A DNA stretch of 64,000 nt. Source: Nitrospirota bacterium (GTDB lineage: Bacteria > Nitrospirota > UBA9217). Location of the stretch: positions 1,792,001 to 1,856,000 of the forward strand of contig CAWCKW010000012.1 of assembly GCA_963796285.1 (NCBI GenBank), read 5' to 3'. Shown here in pieces: positions 1 to 9,083 of this stretch (positions are counted from its first letter, which is position 1; every line of letters starts with the position of its first letter). Below the pieces are notes generated by a model. The model ran no database searches. It was not told the DNA's origin and saw only the letters and a list, made by a program, of their open reading frames with translations. The position numbers and the translations under genes were made by a program.

Positions 1-1018
1 CGGGAGGTTTGTCCGCGAGTGCTGCCATGAGCGCGGGATTGATCGAGTTGTCGAGAAGGTGGATCAGGACAGGTTTCGTTTCTTTCACTAATACAGCAAG
101 CTCTGCCATGGCCCGTTTCACGGGAACAGGGACATAAGGATTGTCCTCGGCTGTTTCCGGACAGAAGGAGCATTTATTCCAGTAGCACCCGCTCGAGCCG
201 CTGTATGGAAGAATGGGGCCCGGCGAGAGATACTCATGAAGGGGCATGGACGAGTAGTCCGGTGCAGCGCTCTTTTGCTTTTTCCCATGGGCGCCCAGCA
301 GCTCGAGCAGCGGCCCCTCCCCCGGGCCCGCGATAAGGTGATCGACAAAACAACCGAACGGGTCCTTCCACGCCGGACCTTTCATCCAGGACGTCACCAA
401 ACCGCCGCCGAGGACGATCTTCACGCCGGGATACTCCTGTCTGATATAGCCGATCATGGCAAAGGCGCAGAGCGCCTGGCTCAGATAGTTCAGGGAAAAA
501 CCGACGAACTTTGCCGTGCGCCACTGGTCTGACCCGGGCAACGACGAAGGGTACCTTTGCGAAAAAACAGATTCTTCAAATACTGCCGGCAATCGCCTGC
601 TGAACCAGGGATAGAAGGGGTCCTGCTCCGGATGCTCGGCAGCAGTGATCAGGTCTGCGCTGCGCAACGGAGAAAGCTGTTGATGATGATAGTCCGCCAG
701 ACCCAGGACCGCATGATACGCTTTGGCGGAAGCCATGAGCACGCGATTCACATCTTTTACAGCCCTGCTATAGCGGTCAGGGGATCGATAGGTTCGCGGG
801 TCGCGGAGTGCCGTGAGATTGGATGAAATATTTTTCGCGGCCCGCCGGGTCCAGGTATCCGACGCGGTCCGCGGCTGCCGCAGAAGATACAGAAGTCCCT
901 CGAGATTCGCGTCCAGGATCGCGCAGGAAACGCCATGCGTCTTCAACGCGCCGGCAAGTTTCGCTATGCCCGCAGGCGGTTCGCAGGGTTTTGCAACAGG
1001 AGGAAAGATGAGGAGCAT
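1..1018 (-). CDS. B12-binding-domain radical SAM protein (3' partial)
   Basis: Not in the ORF track because it runs off the window. Manual translation from ATG 1018: MLLIFPPVAKPCEPPAGIAKL...VGFSLNYLSQ...KIVLGGG...GPGEGPL...GCYWNKCSFCPE (CxxxCxxC at about 161-187, same frame). Confidence 0.85.
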   Translation of the reverse strand, partial: MLLIFPPVAKPCEPPAGIAKLAGALKTHGVSCAILDANLEGLLYLLRQPRTASDTWTRRAAKNISSNLTALRDPRTYRSPDRYSRAVKDVNRVLMASAKAYHAVLGLADYHHQQLSPLRSADLITAAEHPEQDPFYPWFSRRLPAVFEESVFSQRYPSSLPGSDQWRTAKFVGFSLNYLSQALCAFAMIGYIRQEYPGVKIVLGGGLVTSWMKGPAWKDPFGCFVDHLIAGPGEGPLLELLGAHGKKQKSAAPDYSSMPLHEYLSPGPILPYSGSSGCYWNKCSFCPETAEDNPYVPVPVKRAMAELAVLVKETKPVLIHLLDNSINPALMAALADKPP

Positions 1019-1071
1019 GGGATATTATGCCGGATGCGGGATGCGATATCAAGGGCATTGTTTTTTTGTGG

Positions 1072-1428
1072 TCAAGTCATGGTGACTGCTCTCCAATGCG
1101 TGTCGTTTGTCCAATCGGCCTGGTGATCATTGACGCTGCTCGCTGCACGTGTTGTCTTTTCCATTTCCATTTCTTGACCTTCATGCCATTTTTTGTTCTT
1201 TATCAAAAAGATCATAAGATCACTCGTTTTAAATACATGTAACAGTTTGCACATAATAAGTCTGCACATGGCGGGGATATCGTTAAGCATGGACGCTTTG
1301 TCTGACACCACCATCAGAGTATCGTTTTCTTTCATGTCCTTCAGCTTTCCGACGACCGCCAGAATAGGTGGTCCTCAGCACAAGCCCCTGATGTCAAGAA
1401 CACATCCTTCTTCGATCATATGATCCAT
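1072..1428 (-). CDS. TusA/SirA-like sulfurtransferase, probable selenoprotein (UGA at 1375-1377)
   Basis: ATG 1428 with GAGGG RBS. Reads MDHMIEEGCVLDIRGLC*GPPILAVVGKLKDMKENDTLMVVSDKASMLNDIPAMC, matching the TusA pattern LDxRGLxCPxP...L.V..D...DIP with TGA at the catalytic Cys position. In frame with track ORF 1072..1335. Confidence 0.7.
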
Positions 1429-1493
1429 GTGCCGCCCTCTTCCGGCATTCCCGGAATATTCCTTCTAAAAGATTACCTCTGGATACAGAGAAC

Positions 1494-1524
1494 AAAAAGC
1501 CGGTTCGATTGCCGAACCGGCTTT
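1494..1524 (-). terminator. Rho-independent terminator
   Basis: AAAGCCGGTTCG-5 nt-CGAACCGGCTTT hairpin followed by a U-run on the minus strand, about 30 nt after the 1555 stop. Confidence 0.75.
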
Positions 1525-1554
1525 CCCTTCACAGATGCTTCGGCTACCATGACG

Positions 1555-2466
1555 CTAAATTTTCCCCCCTGCTGCGTTTGTCAGCGCCTTACGGATCGCC
1601 TCAGGGCTTTTCATAATATGCATGAAGCTGTTGCTCCCCATCATGGAAAGGTCCGGGAAGCTGATCGCGATGCGGAACCGAGCATAGAGCGCATACACTT
1701 TGTTGCCTGAAACCAGCATCTCATAGGGAAGGTGGGCAGTGGACCGAATGTCCTTGAAATCGATCTCGCTCATGATGAACCTGTCGTCCATATACTTGTC
1801 CGCCTCTGTCGCACCCTTCAGGGCCACACCGAACACTGACTCTTTCTTTCCAGGGAGGTCGATCCGGTAGACCCTCGTCACTCCGCCCCTGCCCGCGGCA
1901 AGGCCCGCCTCTACAGCCGCCGCTGCTTCTTCAAAGCTCCCGTATTCGGCCAGCATGCTGGGCTCATTAAAATATTCCATGCCCATCATATAGTGATAGG
2001 AGCGGAGCTTCTTGGCCGTCAGACCCTTTGCGCCGAATTCCTCCTGTTTGCCCAGCGCGGCACCAAGCTTGACAGCAACATCTGCCAGATCGCCCTGCAT
2101 CCGGTAGGCATTCGCCATATAGACGGGATTCACGTAGGCCACCTGCACGTCGTCCTTGACCTTGGTGATTGAGACGCGGATTGCCGCCCCGAACCCGCCG
2201 CGTTCGGATTTCGCCGCATTGCTCTTCAGCTCGTCATTCGTTGCGACGATGACCACGGCCTCGGGATAGGGCGCGTACTCTCCTGCAATGGTGAAACCCT
2301 GTGCTATAAGGGCGGACTTGACCGCAGTGGTTTTTTCCGCCACCGTTCCGGGACCCCGGGACCCGAGAACGAAGGGCTTCAGGAGCGCTTCATCCGCACC
2401 GGCCACGTTCAACAAAAAGAAAACGAACAACGATGCCAACGACAGACTTCTCAATGCCTTTTTCAT
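1555..2466 (-). CDS. Secreted/periplasmic conserved hypothetical protein (possibly DUF302-like fold)
   Basis: 303 aa ORF, GGGAGG RBS, signal peptide ending VAGA, AHLPYEMLV motif. Confidence 0.7.
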   Translation of the reverse strand: MKKALRSLSLASLFVFFLLNVAGADEALLKPFVLGSRGPGTVAEKTTAVKSALIAQGFTIAGEYAPYPEAVVIVATNDELKSNAAKSERGGFGAAIRVSITKVKDDVQVAYVNPVYMANAYRMQGDLADVAVKLGAALGKQEEFGAKGLTAKKLRSYHYMMGMEYFNEPSMLAEYGSFEEAAAAVEAGLAAGRGGVTRVYRIDLPGKKESVFGVALKGATEADKYMDDRFIMSEIDFKDIRSTAHLPYEMLVSGNKVYALYARFRIAISFPDLSMMGSNSFMHIMKSPEAIRKALTNAAGGKI

Positions 2467-2550
2467 AGTTCCTCCCTTTCTTTATAATAAATTTAGGCTA
2501 TCATTATATTCCAAGCTTTGCAAGAAAATTTATCACCAGGGTCATGCCCC

Positions 2551-2580
2551 TTGACATCAGACATTTTTTCTTGCTATTGT
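2551..2580 (+). promoter_or_regulatory. Sigma70-type promoter
   Basis: TTGACA-18 nt-TATTGT with extended TG, upstream of the kinase. Confidence 0.5.
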
Positions 2581-2639
2581 TGGTCAACCAGATCGAAGGC
2601 TCTACTTGAACTATTCGATCCAGTCCAGTCCGCGGCTCC

Positions 2640-4112
2640 ATGAAAGGCCGGATCATGTCTCAGTCATGTTTTATCGGCATAGACCAGGGAAGCAGCGCGA
2701 CCAAGGCCGTTGTGCTGAGCGCTGCCGGTCAGATCCTGTTCAATACCCGGCAGGACCTTCTCCCGCCCTTTCGTGACGGCTTCCGCATCGAGCAGGACCC
2801 TCTGCAACTCCTGACCTCCGTCCGGGAGGTGTTGGATGAATGTATCCAACAGGTCCAGGGTTCGGGCGTCTCCGTTGTCGGCATCGGTCTTTCGTGTCAG
2901 CGGTCGTCCTGCCTGTTATGGAACGAATCAACGGGCGAACCGCAGTCACCGCTTCTCAGCTGGCGCGACACGCGCGGCAGGGACATCGTCCGCCGGCTCG
3001 CTCAGCAGGAGCCCATGATCTTCAGGCAATCGGGGCTCCCGCTCACCCCTTACTATTCAGCATCGAAGCTCAGCTGGCTGCGCGATAACCTTGCTGCTGG
3101 AAAACTTGCCAACATGGTGTTTGGCACGCTCAGCAGCTTTCTGGTGCAGCAGCTCACCAACAACACGCAGGCATTGATCGACCACACCAACGCGGCCCGG
3201 ACACAACTTATGAGCATTCATACGCTCTCGTGGGACGATGAATTGCTCGGGGCCTTCGGGCTAACGGGGATCCGGCTTCCGGGGATCCGGCCAACGGCCC
3301 ATGAATATGGAAAGGTGCAGACCGCGGCAGGGGCAATCCCGCTCCTCGCCTCCCTGGGAGACCAGCAGGCGGCCATGCTCGGCCTCGGCGTGCTGACCAA
3401 GGGCGCCGCAGGGATCAACTACGGCACCGGCGGGTTTCTGATGGTGAATACGGGCACAACGCTGGTCCCTGCCCCTGGCCTCATGGCATCCGTGTATTAT
3501 TCCAATGACCGGCAACAGCGGTATTTGCTCGAAGGAAGTGTGAACGCGGTGGGCGATGCGCTGGAATGGGTCCGGAGCCGTCTCGGCCTGTTCAAGGAAT
3601 ACAGCGAGGTGGACGACCTCTGCTGGAAAGCAACAACACCTGTGACAGCCTTTATCGGACTGAACGGGATCGGGGCGCCGCATTGGGAAGCTGAGATGGC
3701 AAGCTCGTTCCATGGCCTGGAATTGGAAAGCACCTCTGCAGACATGGTCCGGGCCGTGGTGGAGGGTGTCGCCTTTTTCATGAAGGACATTGCAGACGCT
3801 ATGCTCACAGCAGGGGTCGAACCCGTTTCGGTCATACTTTCCGGAGGCCTGTCGTCGCTCAGCTACCTGGTCCAGATCCAGGCCGATATCCTCGGCAAAG
3901 ACATCCACATAAGCGCGGCAAGGGAGGCCTCGGCATTGGGCGCCGCACTTCTTGCCGGCATGCAGCACGGTACATGGACGGCTGAAGACATAACGCGAAT
4001 GATGACCCCGCACGGCGAGACCATACAGGGGGAGCCGAATCCAGGCCTGGCAAGAAGATACCGACAGTGGAAGGAACTGCACCGGATGACAAGGGAACTG
4101 GACAGGCTGTGA
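2640..4112 (+). CDS. glpK: FGGY-family kinase, glycerol kinase-like
   Basis: IGIDQGSSATK, DHTNAART, GDQQAA, YGTGGF and GAPHW motifs. Start may be ATG 2655. Confidence 0.8.
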   Translation: MKGRIMSQSCFIGIDQGSSATKAVVLSAAGQILFNTRQDLLPPFRDGFRIEQDPLQLLTSVREVLDECIQQVQGSGVSVVGIGLSCQRSSCLLWNESTGEPQSPLLSWRDTRGRDIVRRLAQQEPMIFRQSGLPLTPYYSASKLSWLRDNLAAGKLANMVFGTLSSFLVQQLTNNTQALIDHTNAARTQLMSIHTLSWDDELLGAFGLTGIRLPGIRPTAHEYGKVQTAAGAIPLLASLGDQQAAMLGLGVLTKGAAGINYGTGGFLMVNTGTTLVPAPGLMASVYYSNDRQQRYLLEGSVNAVGDALEWVRSRLGLFKEYSEVDDLCWKATTPVTAFIGLNGIGAPHWEAEMASSFHGLELESTSADMVRAVVEGVAFFMKDIADAMLTAGVEPVSVILSGGLSSLSYLVQIQADILGKDIHISAAREASALGAALLAGMQHGTWTAEDITRMMTPHGETIQGEPNPGLARRYRQWKELHRMTRELDRL

Positions 4113-4147
4113 TCATACTGGATCAGAGAATCAGGGCGAGATCATGA

Positions 4148-4345
4148 TCAAATTCCACTCAAGACGGCAAGAGAAAATATTTTCCGCGAAGACGCACAGG
4201 ACGCCAAACGAAAATCTTTAAGCCTTGCGTTTAAAACAAACAAATAATTTGAGCTTTTGCTTTAATACAAGACCTGCAAGCTTTTCTTCGCGAGAGATGC
4301 CCTTTCGCTGTTGTCATGGTTTGGTTCCCGCTTGTCCGGGTTAGG
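4148..4345. repeat. Palindromic intergenic repeat, family R1
   Basis: Starts AAATTCCACTCAAGACGGCAAGA, ends GGTTCCCGCTTGTCCGGGTTAGG. Homologous to 10330-10553 and 32978-33337. Confidence 0.7.
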
Positions 4346-4361
4346 GCGGACAGGAATAAGA

Positions 4362-5903
4362 TCAATGAACTGCAGGTGGTCCACCCGCGGCAGGCGCCTT
4401 TGCCCACTGCATAATGAACACCAGGGGGATAACGCAGAGGATAAGGAGGCAGATCACGAGAAACGCGTCCGTGAACGCGAGGGTCGTTGATTGCCTGATC
4501 AGTTCCCGGTACATCAGACCGTCGGCGCCGGCGGGCGGCAGTCCCTTCAGGCTTAAGGCGCCCGCTATCTTTTCATGAGCCATGACGTAGCCCGGGTCCA
4601 GCGGCGATAGATGTTCCACCAGCCGCGTCTGGTGGAACTGCGCCCTGCGCGAGAGAATGGTCGTTGTCATGGCAATGCCCACACTCCCTCCCAGGTTCCG
4701 CAGAAGGTTGTAGACCGAGGTTGCCTCGGTCATCCGCTCTTTCGGGATATGCGAGAGCGTCAAGGTCGTGAGCGGGATGAACGTCATACCCATACCGAAA
4801 CCCAGCGTCATCCGCGGCCAGACAAAGGTCCAGAAGTCAGTTGTAAGATTAAACCTGGACATCATGTACGTGCTGATCGCGCAGACCGACATGCCGAATA
4901 CGAGGAACCGTTTCGGGTTCACCCTGCCGATGAACTTCCCGGCGATCGGCATGGCGAACAGGGTGGCGATGCCTCCGGGGCCGAGCACGAGCCCGGCATA
5001 GAACGATGTATAGCCCATCATCATCTGGAGGTAGATCGGCAGCAGCACGATGCTGCCGAAAAGGTTCAGAAAGACGAAGAACATCACCAGGGAACCGCTC
5101 GTGAACGTCCGGTCCTTGAACAGCTTCAGGTTGACGATGGGGGTCTCTGAATAATATTCATTGATCGCCAGGAGCGTGAGGGATACGGCCGCTATGATGC
5201 CGAAGGTCACGATCTTGCCGGAGGCGAACCAGTCCTCGCTCTCACCCTTGTCGAGCATGAACTGGAGCGCGCCGAGCCCGACAGCAAGGAACAAGAGCCC
5301 CCAGTAGTCGATCTTCATCTTCTGGCGCTTCATGTACGGTGGGTCCTCGATCACGATGACGTTCATGATGATCGACAGAATGCCGATCGGTATGTTGATA
5401 TAGAAGATCCAGCGCCAGGAGAGCGTGTCGGTGATCCATCCGCCGAGGAGCGGGCCCACGATCGGGCCCACCATGGCTCCCAGTCCGAAAATGGCCATGG
5501 CCTGGCCGTGTTTCTCCCGGGGGAAGGATTCGAGCAGGATGGACTGGCTGATCGGGACGAGACCGCCGCCGCCGATGCCCTGGAGGATCCGGAAGAATAT
5601 GAGGCTGTTCAGGCTCCACGCCGAGCCGCACATGAAGGAACTGAAGGTGAACAGCGCGATGGAGGCGATCTGGTAGTTTTTTCTGCCGATAAGCTTGGCC
5701 AGCCAGCCCGCCATGGGGATCACGATGGCGTTCGACACGAGGTAGGCGGTGATGGTCCACGTTGCTTCGTCGTACCCGGCGGAGAGCGAACCCCTGATGT
5801 GATCGAGCGATACGTTCACAATGGAGGTATCGATGATCTCGATCAGGGTAGGGAGCATCACCGTGAATGCAATTAATCCCCTGCTCCTGCTGCTCATGTT
5901 CAT
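4362..5903 (-). CDS. emrB: DHA2-family MFS efflux permease (EmrB/QacA)
   Basis: 513 aa multi-TM protein with DTSIVNV, RILQGIGGG, GPLLGGWITD.LSWRWIFYINIP and NLLRNLGGS motifs. Confidence 0.92.
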   Translation of the reverse strand: MNMSSRSRGLIAFTVMLPTLIEIIDTSIVNVSLDHIRGSLSAGYDEATWTITAYLVSNAIVIPMAGWLAKLIGRKNYQIASIALFTFSSFMCGSAWSLNSLIFFRILQGIGGGGLVPISQSILLESFPREKHGQAMAIFGLGAMVGPIVGPLLGGWITDTLSWRWIFYINIPIGILSIIMNVIVIEDPPYMKRQKMKIDYWGLLFLAVGLGALQFMLDKGESEDWFASGKIVTFGIIAAVSLTLLAINEYYSETPIVNLKLFKDRTFTSGSLVMFFVFLNLFGSIVLLPIYLQMMMGYTSFYAGLVLGPGGIATLFAMPIAGKFIGRVNPKRFLVFGMSVCAISTYMMSRFNLTTDFWTFVWPRMTLGFGMGMTFIPLTTLTLSHIPKERMTEATSVYNLLRNLGGSVGIAMTTTILSRRAQFHQTRLVEHLSPLDPGYVMAHEKIAGALSLKGLPPAGADGLMYRELIRQSTTLAFTDAFLVICLLILCVIPLVFIMQWAKAPAAGGPPAVH

Positions 5904-6780
5904 TTTGCCAGTACCACCGGCTCAACGGACATGCCGACTCTCAAAAGATGCTCTTTGTCCGTTCCTTCCTGGAAAACGATCTTGATCGGGATCCGCTGGA
6001 CCACCTTGACGTAGTTGCCCGTGGCGTTCTCCGCGGGAAAGAGAGAAAAGGTCACGCCGGTGCCTGCCATGATGCTGTCAACCTTTCCCTTGAACTCCTT
6101 CCCGGGAAAAGAGTCGATCGTCATCTTGACCTCCTGCCCCGGGCGGATGCGCTCCATCTGGGTTTCCTTGTAGTTGGCGACGACGTACAAACTGTCCAGA
6201 TCGACAATCGCCATCAAGGGCTGGCCGGTCTGCACTTGATTACCCGTTTGGACGGATTTTCGTCGTGACATACCCGTCCGCAGGCGCCACGACCGTAGTG
6301 TATCCCAGATTGAGCTCCGCATTGCCGAAGCTGCTCCTCGGCGAGTTTCACCTGCGCCAGGGAGATCTCATATGTTGAGACGGCCTTATCGTAACGCTCG
6401 GTCGAACTCGCATCCTGTTCGTATAAGGCTTTGGCGCGCTTTCGATCGCTTTCAGCGAGGCGCAGCGTAGCGCGCTGGAGTTCGCGGTTCGCTTTCGCGG
6501 CCTCGGCCTTCGACTGGTAATCCGCGGGATCGATCTCGACCAGGAGGTCACCCTTCTTCACCCGCTGGTTGTCGTTGACGAGGACGGCCTTCACATTGCC
6601 GCTGACCCGCGCCGAGATGGTATGGATGTTGCCGTCAATGAAAGCATCGTCGGTCGAAACATGCGTCTTGCGATAGGCGCTGTAGAAATAACCGAGGGTG
6701 AGTCCGATGACCACGACCACCCCGACGATCATGAAGGCTTTTTTCTTTTTCTGTCCGCTGCCCGCCTGTTCTTCTGCCAT
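5900..6780 (-). CDS. emrA: EmrA/HlyD membrane-fusion protein (frameshifted near 6290-6320)
   Basis: N-half STDDAFIDGN (6214..6780), C-half ANYKETQ...PAENATGNYVKVVQRIP (5900..6322). Confidence 0.88.
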
Positions 6781-6801
6781 GCTGTCTCCTTGATGATTAC
6801 T

Positions 6802-6873
6802 GCTTAGAGCTTAGAGCATAGAGCTATCAATGCTTCACCCTCAATGCTTTACGCTCTGCCCTCTGCGCTCTGC
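6802..6873. repeat. Inverted heptamer array (TAGAGCW / GCTCTGC), empty
   Basis: GCTTAGAGCTTAGAGCATAGAGC ... ATGCTTTACGCTCTGCCCTCTGCGCTCTGC between tolC and emrA. Confidence 0.7.
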
Positions 6874-6878
6874 TGCAC

Positions 6879-8171
6879 TCACTTCCCATACGCTCCAACC
6901 ATGTCCTTGCCTGCCGCATTAAGGAGGACGGCCTCCGCCCGTTTGACGCCGTAAAGCGATTTCCAGGAATTCGATTCGGCCGTGGTCAAAAGCGCCACCG
7001 CATCGAGCACTTCGGTCGCCGTGCCCACGCCTTCCTTATACCGGAGATGCTGGAGCCTCAGGTTCTCCTCGGCCTGTTCAACCGCGGCCTTCGTGACCTC
7101 CATCTTTTTTGTCGAGCTTTGGAGGTCGAGATAGGCGCTCTTAACCTCCAGCCGGATAGTATCAAGCAGCTTGTCCCGTGACAGCTTGAGCGACCGCAGC
7201 TCCGCCCTTGCCATACCGATCTTCGAATCGCTTGCCCCGCCGGAAAAAAGATTGATATTCACGCCGACAATGGCGGACCAGTTGTCCTGGTGCACCATGT
7301 ATTTGTTCTCTGAATATTCATACCCGCCGGAGACGTAGAAGGTCGGCAGGTATTCCGCCTGTGTGGACTGGACGTTCTGTTCCTTCGCCGCGATGGCCGC
7401 ATCCATTTCCTTGAGCACGGACCGGGAGGCCTCGGCGCCGGCCCATGCCTCATCGAGCGTCAGGCCCGCAGCCGGGCTTGCCCTGATCTCCTCAGGCTGT
7501 ACGGCATCGTTCAGCGGTTTCAGGAGCAGGCTGTTGATCTTCGATTCCCTGACAGAGCACAGGTTCTCCGAGGTCAGGAGCCGCTGTTGAGAGTCGGCAA
7601 GAGTGACGTTCACCTGGAGCACTTCGTTCTTCGTGATGACGCCTGCGCGATACCGCGTTTCCGTGTCCTTTTTGTGCGCCTCATACTGCTTAACTTCTTC
7701 CTGGGCCACGGTGAGCAGTTTCTCCGATTCCAGAAGGTCCAGGTAGGCGACAATGAAGTCCAGCGCCGCCTGGTTCTTCGACTGGCTGGTCATGATCTCG
7801 CGGGCCTTTAATCCATATTTTGCGGCATCGATCGACGAAGACGTCCTGCCGAAGTCATACAACAGTTGCGTGGCCTTCACGCCGTAGGTCAGGAATTGGT
7901 CCTGCGATGTGGGGACCGTCAGATCCCCGAATTTTGCCTCCGGAATGTACCGGAGCCACGTCTCGCGGCCGTAGAGGTCGACCGACGGGAGCCAGGGGGA
8001 GCGTGCGAGCGATACGGCACCCCGTGCCGCATCCTCATCGGACCGGGCGATCATGATGTCCCTTCCCGTCTCGGTGACGATCCTCAGGCCATCTTCAAGC
8101 GAGAGGGCATGGGCCGTGAGCGGAAACAAGAAGGATAGGAAAAGAATGAGAGCACTGTGTGAGCGTTTCAT
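6879..8171 (-). CDS. TolC-family outer membrane efflux protein
   Basis: 430 aa with signal peptide, two OEP repeats (LYDFG, RYKEGVGTATEVLDA), first gene of the emrAB operon. Confidence 0.9.
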   Translation of the reverse strand: MKRSHSALILFLSFLFPLTAHALSLEDGLRIVTETGRDIMIARSDEDAARGAVSLARSPWLPSVDLYGRETWLRYIPEAKFGDLTVPTSQDQFLTYGVKATQLLYDFGRTSSSIDAAKYGLKAREIMTSQSKNQAALDFIVAYLDLLESEKLLTVAQEEVKQYEAHKKDTETRYRAGVITKNEVLQVNVTLADSQQRLLTSENLCSVRESKINSLLLKPLNDAVQPEEIRASPAAGLTLDEAWAGAEASRSVLKEMDAAIAAKEQNVQSTQAEYLPTFYVSGGYEYSENKYMVHQDNWSAIVGVNINLFSGGASDSKIGMARAELRSLKLSRDKLLDTIRLEVKSAYLDLQSSTKKMEVTKAAVEQAEENLRLQHLRYKEGVGTATEVLDAVALLTTAESNSWKSLYGVKRAEAVLLNAAGKDMVGAYGK

Positions 8172-8333
8172 GGCAATACCTCGGAAGCAGCGTTGTGAAA
8201 TGTTAGTGACCGCTATACTACACGAAATTACTTAAAAAGTGAAGCGGTCTTTCCGGTTCATGATTACGATTACTATCCTTATCTCACTCTATTGCGTCTG
8301 CCCCTGACGACCCTTTTCGGATCGAAATCGCAA

Positions 8334-8362
8334 TTGACAAGTTTAAGGGAAAGTCCTACATT
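8334..8362 (+). promoter_or_regulatory. Sigma70-type promoter
   Basis: TTGACA-17 nt-TACATT. Confidence 0.55.
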
Positions 8363-8485
8363 AATATTGATAAGCAGCTCTGCACCAGACCCGTGACCAA
8401 GTACAGATAACGTACTGCAACTTTTCTCGGAGAGCTATGCTGCCTATAGTAAAATCAGCATGGCAAGGTCAAAGAAAACTAAATC

Positions 8486-8890
8486 ATGTCCAATCTGAGT
8501 GAAGACCTAAAGAACGAACACAAGATCATTCTTAGGATTCTCGACGAGATGAAGACTTTCGGAATTTCATCCGCGTCGGGACAGGAGAAACTGCTCTCAG
8601 CAAAAGGTCTTTTAATTGCTCATATGAAAAAAGAGGATGAACAATATTATCCCGCGTTGAAAAGAGCTGCTGAGAACAATAAAGATCTAAAGATCATGAT
8701 GGATTACTTTATCAAGGATATGGAAGATGTCAGCAAAAAGGCGATGTGTTTATTTGATAAATATTCCCAGGGCGGGGATGAGACGGATTTTGCAGGAGAC
8801 GTAACATTATTGTATATGACCCTGAAAGACAGGATCCGCATAGAGGAAAAAACTCTTTTTGAGAAATTCAATCCGCTGAGCAAAGAATGA
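8486..8890 (+). CDS. Hemerythrin/HHE cation-binding domain protein
   Basis: 134 aa: LKNEH...AHMKKEDEQYYP...RIRIEEKTLF. Confidence 0.8.
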   Translation: MSNLSEDLKNEHKIILRILDEMKTFGISSASGQEKLLSAKGLLIAHMKKEDEQYYPALKRAAENNKDLKIMMDYFIKDMEDVSKKAMCLFDKYSQGGDETDFAGDVTLLYMTLKDRIRIEEKTLFEKFNPLSKE

Positions 8891-8905
8891 ACAGTAATCA
8901 TATTT

Positions 8906-9036
8906 GAGGATCTCGTAAAAAGTCATTATCCACCGCCGAGACGCGGAGACACGGAGAAGTGCATATTGAAAATAAAGAGGGATTCCCTCTGCGCCTCTGC
9001 GTCTCAGCGGTTAAATTCGATTATTGGGGGTTCATC
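8906..9036. mobile_element. MITE-like palindromic repeat, family R2
   Basis: Ends GAGGATCTCGTAAAAAGTC...GTTCATC flanked by direct ATATTT. Core CCGCCGAGACGCGGAGAC...CTCTGCGTCTCAGCGG. Relatives at 29354-29541 and 63582-63745. Confidence 0.65.
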
Positions 9037-9083
9037 ATATTTGGCTTCTCCATATTTTGTGATCGAAAGTAGAATAATTGAAC

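Noticed and set aside
8291-8334. Hammerhead-ribozyme-like core (GTC...CTGACGA...GAAA with ATTGCG/CGCAAT stem)
   Set aside because: Only 5 nt are available for stem I, stem II lacks the R-Y closing pair, and stem III needs a bulge. An Rfam search would settle it.
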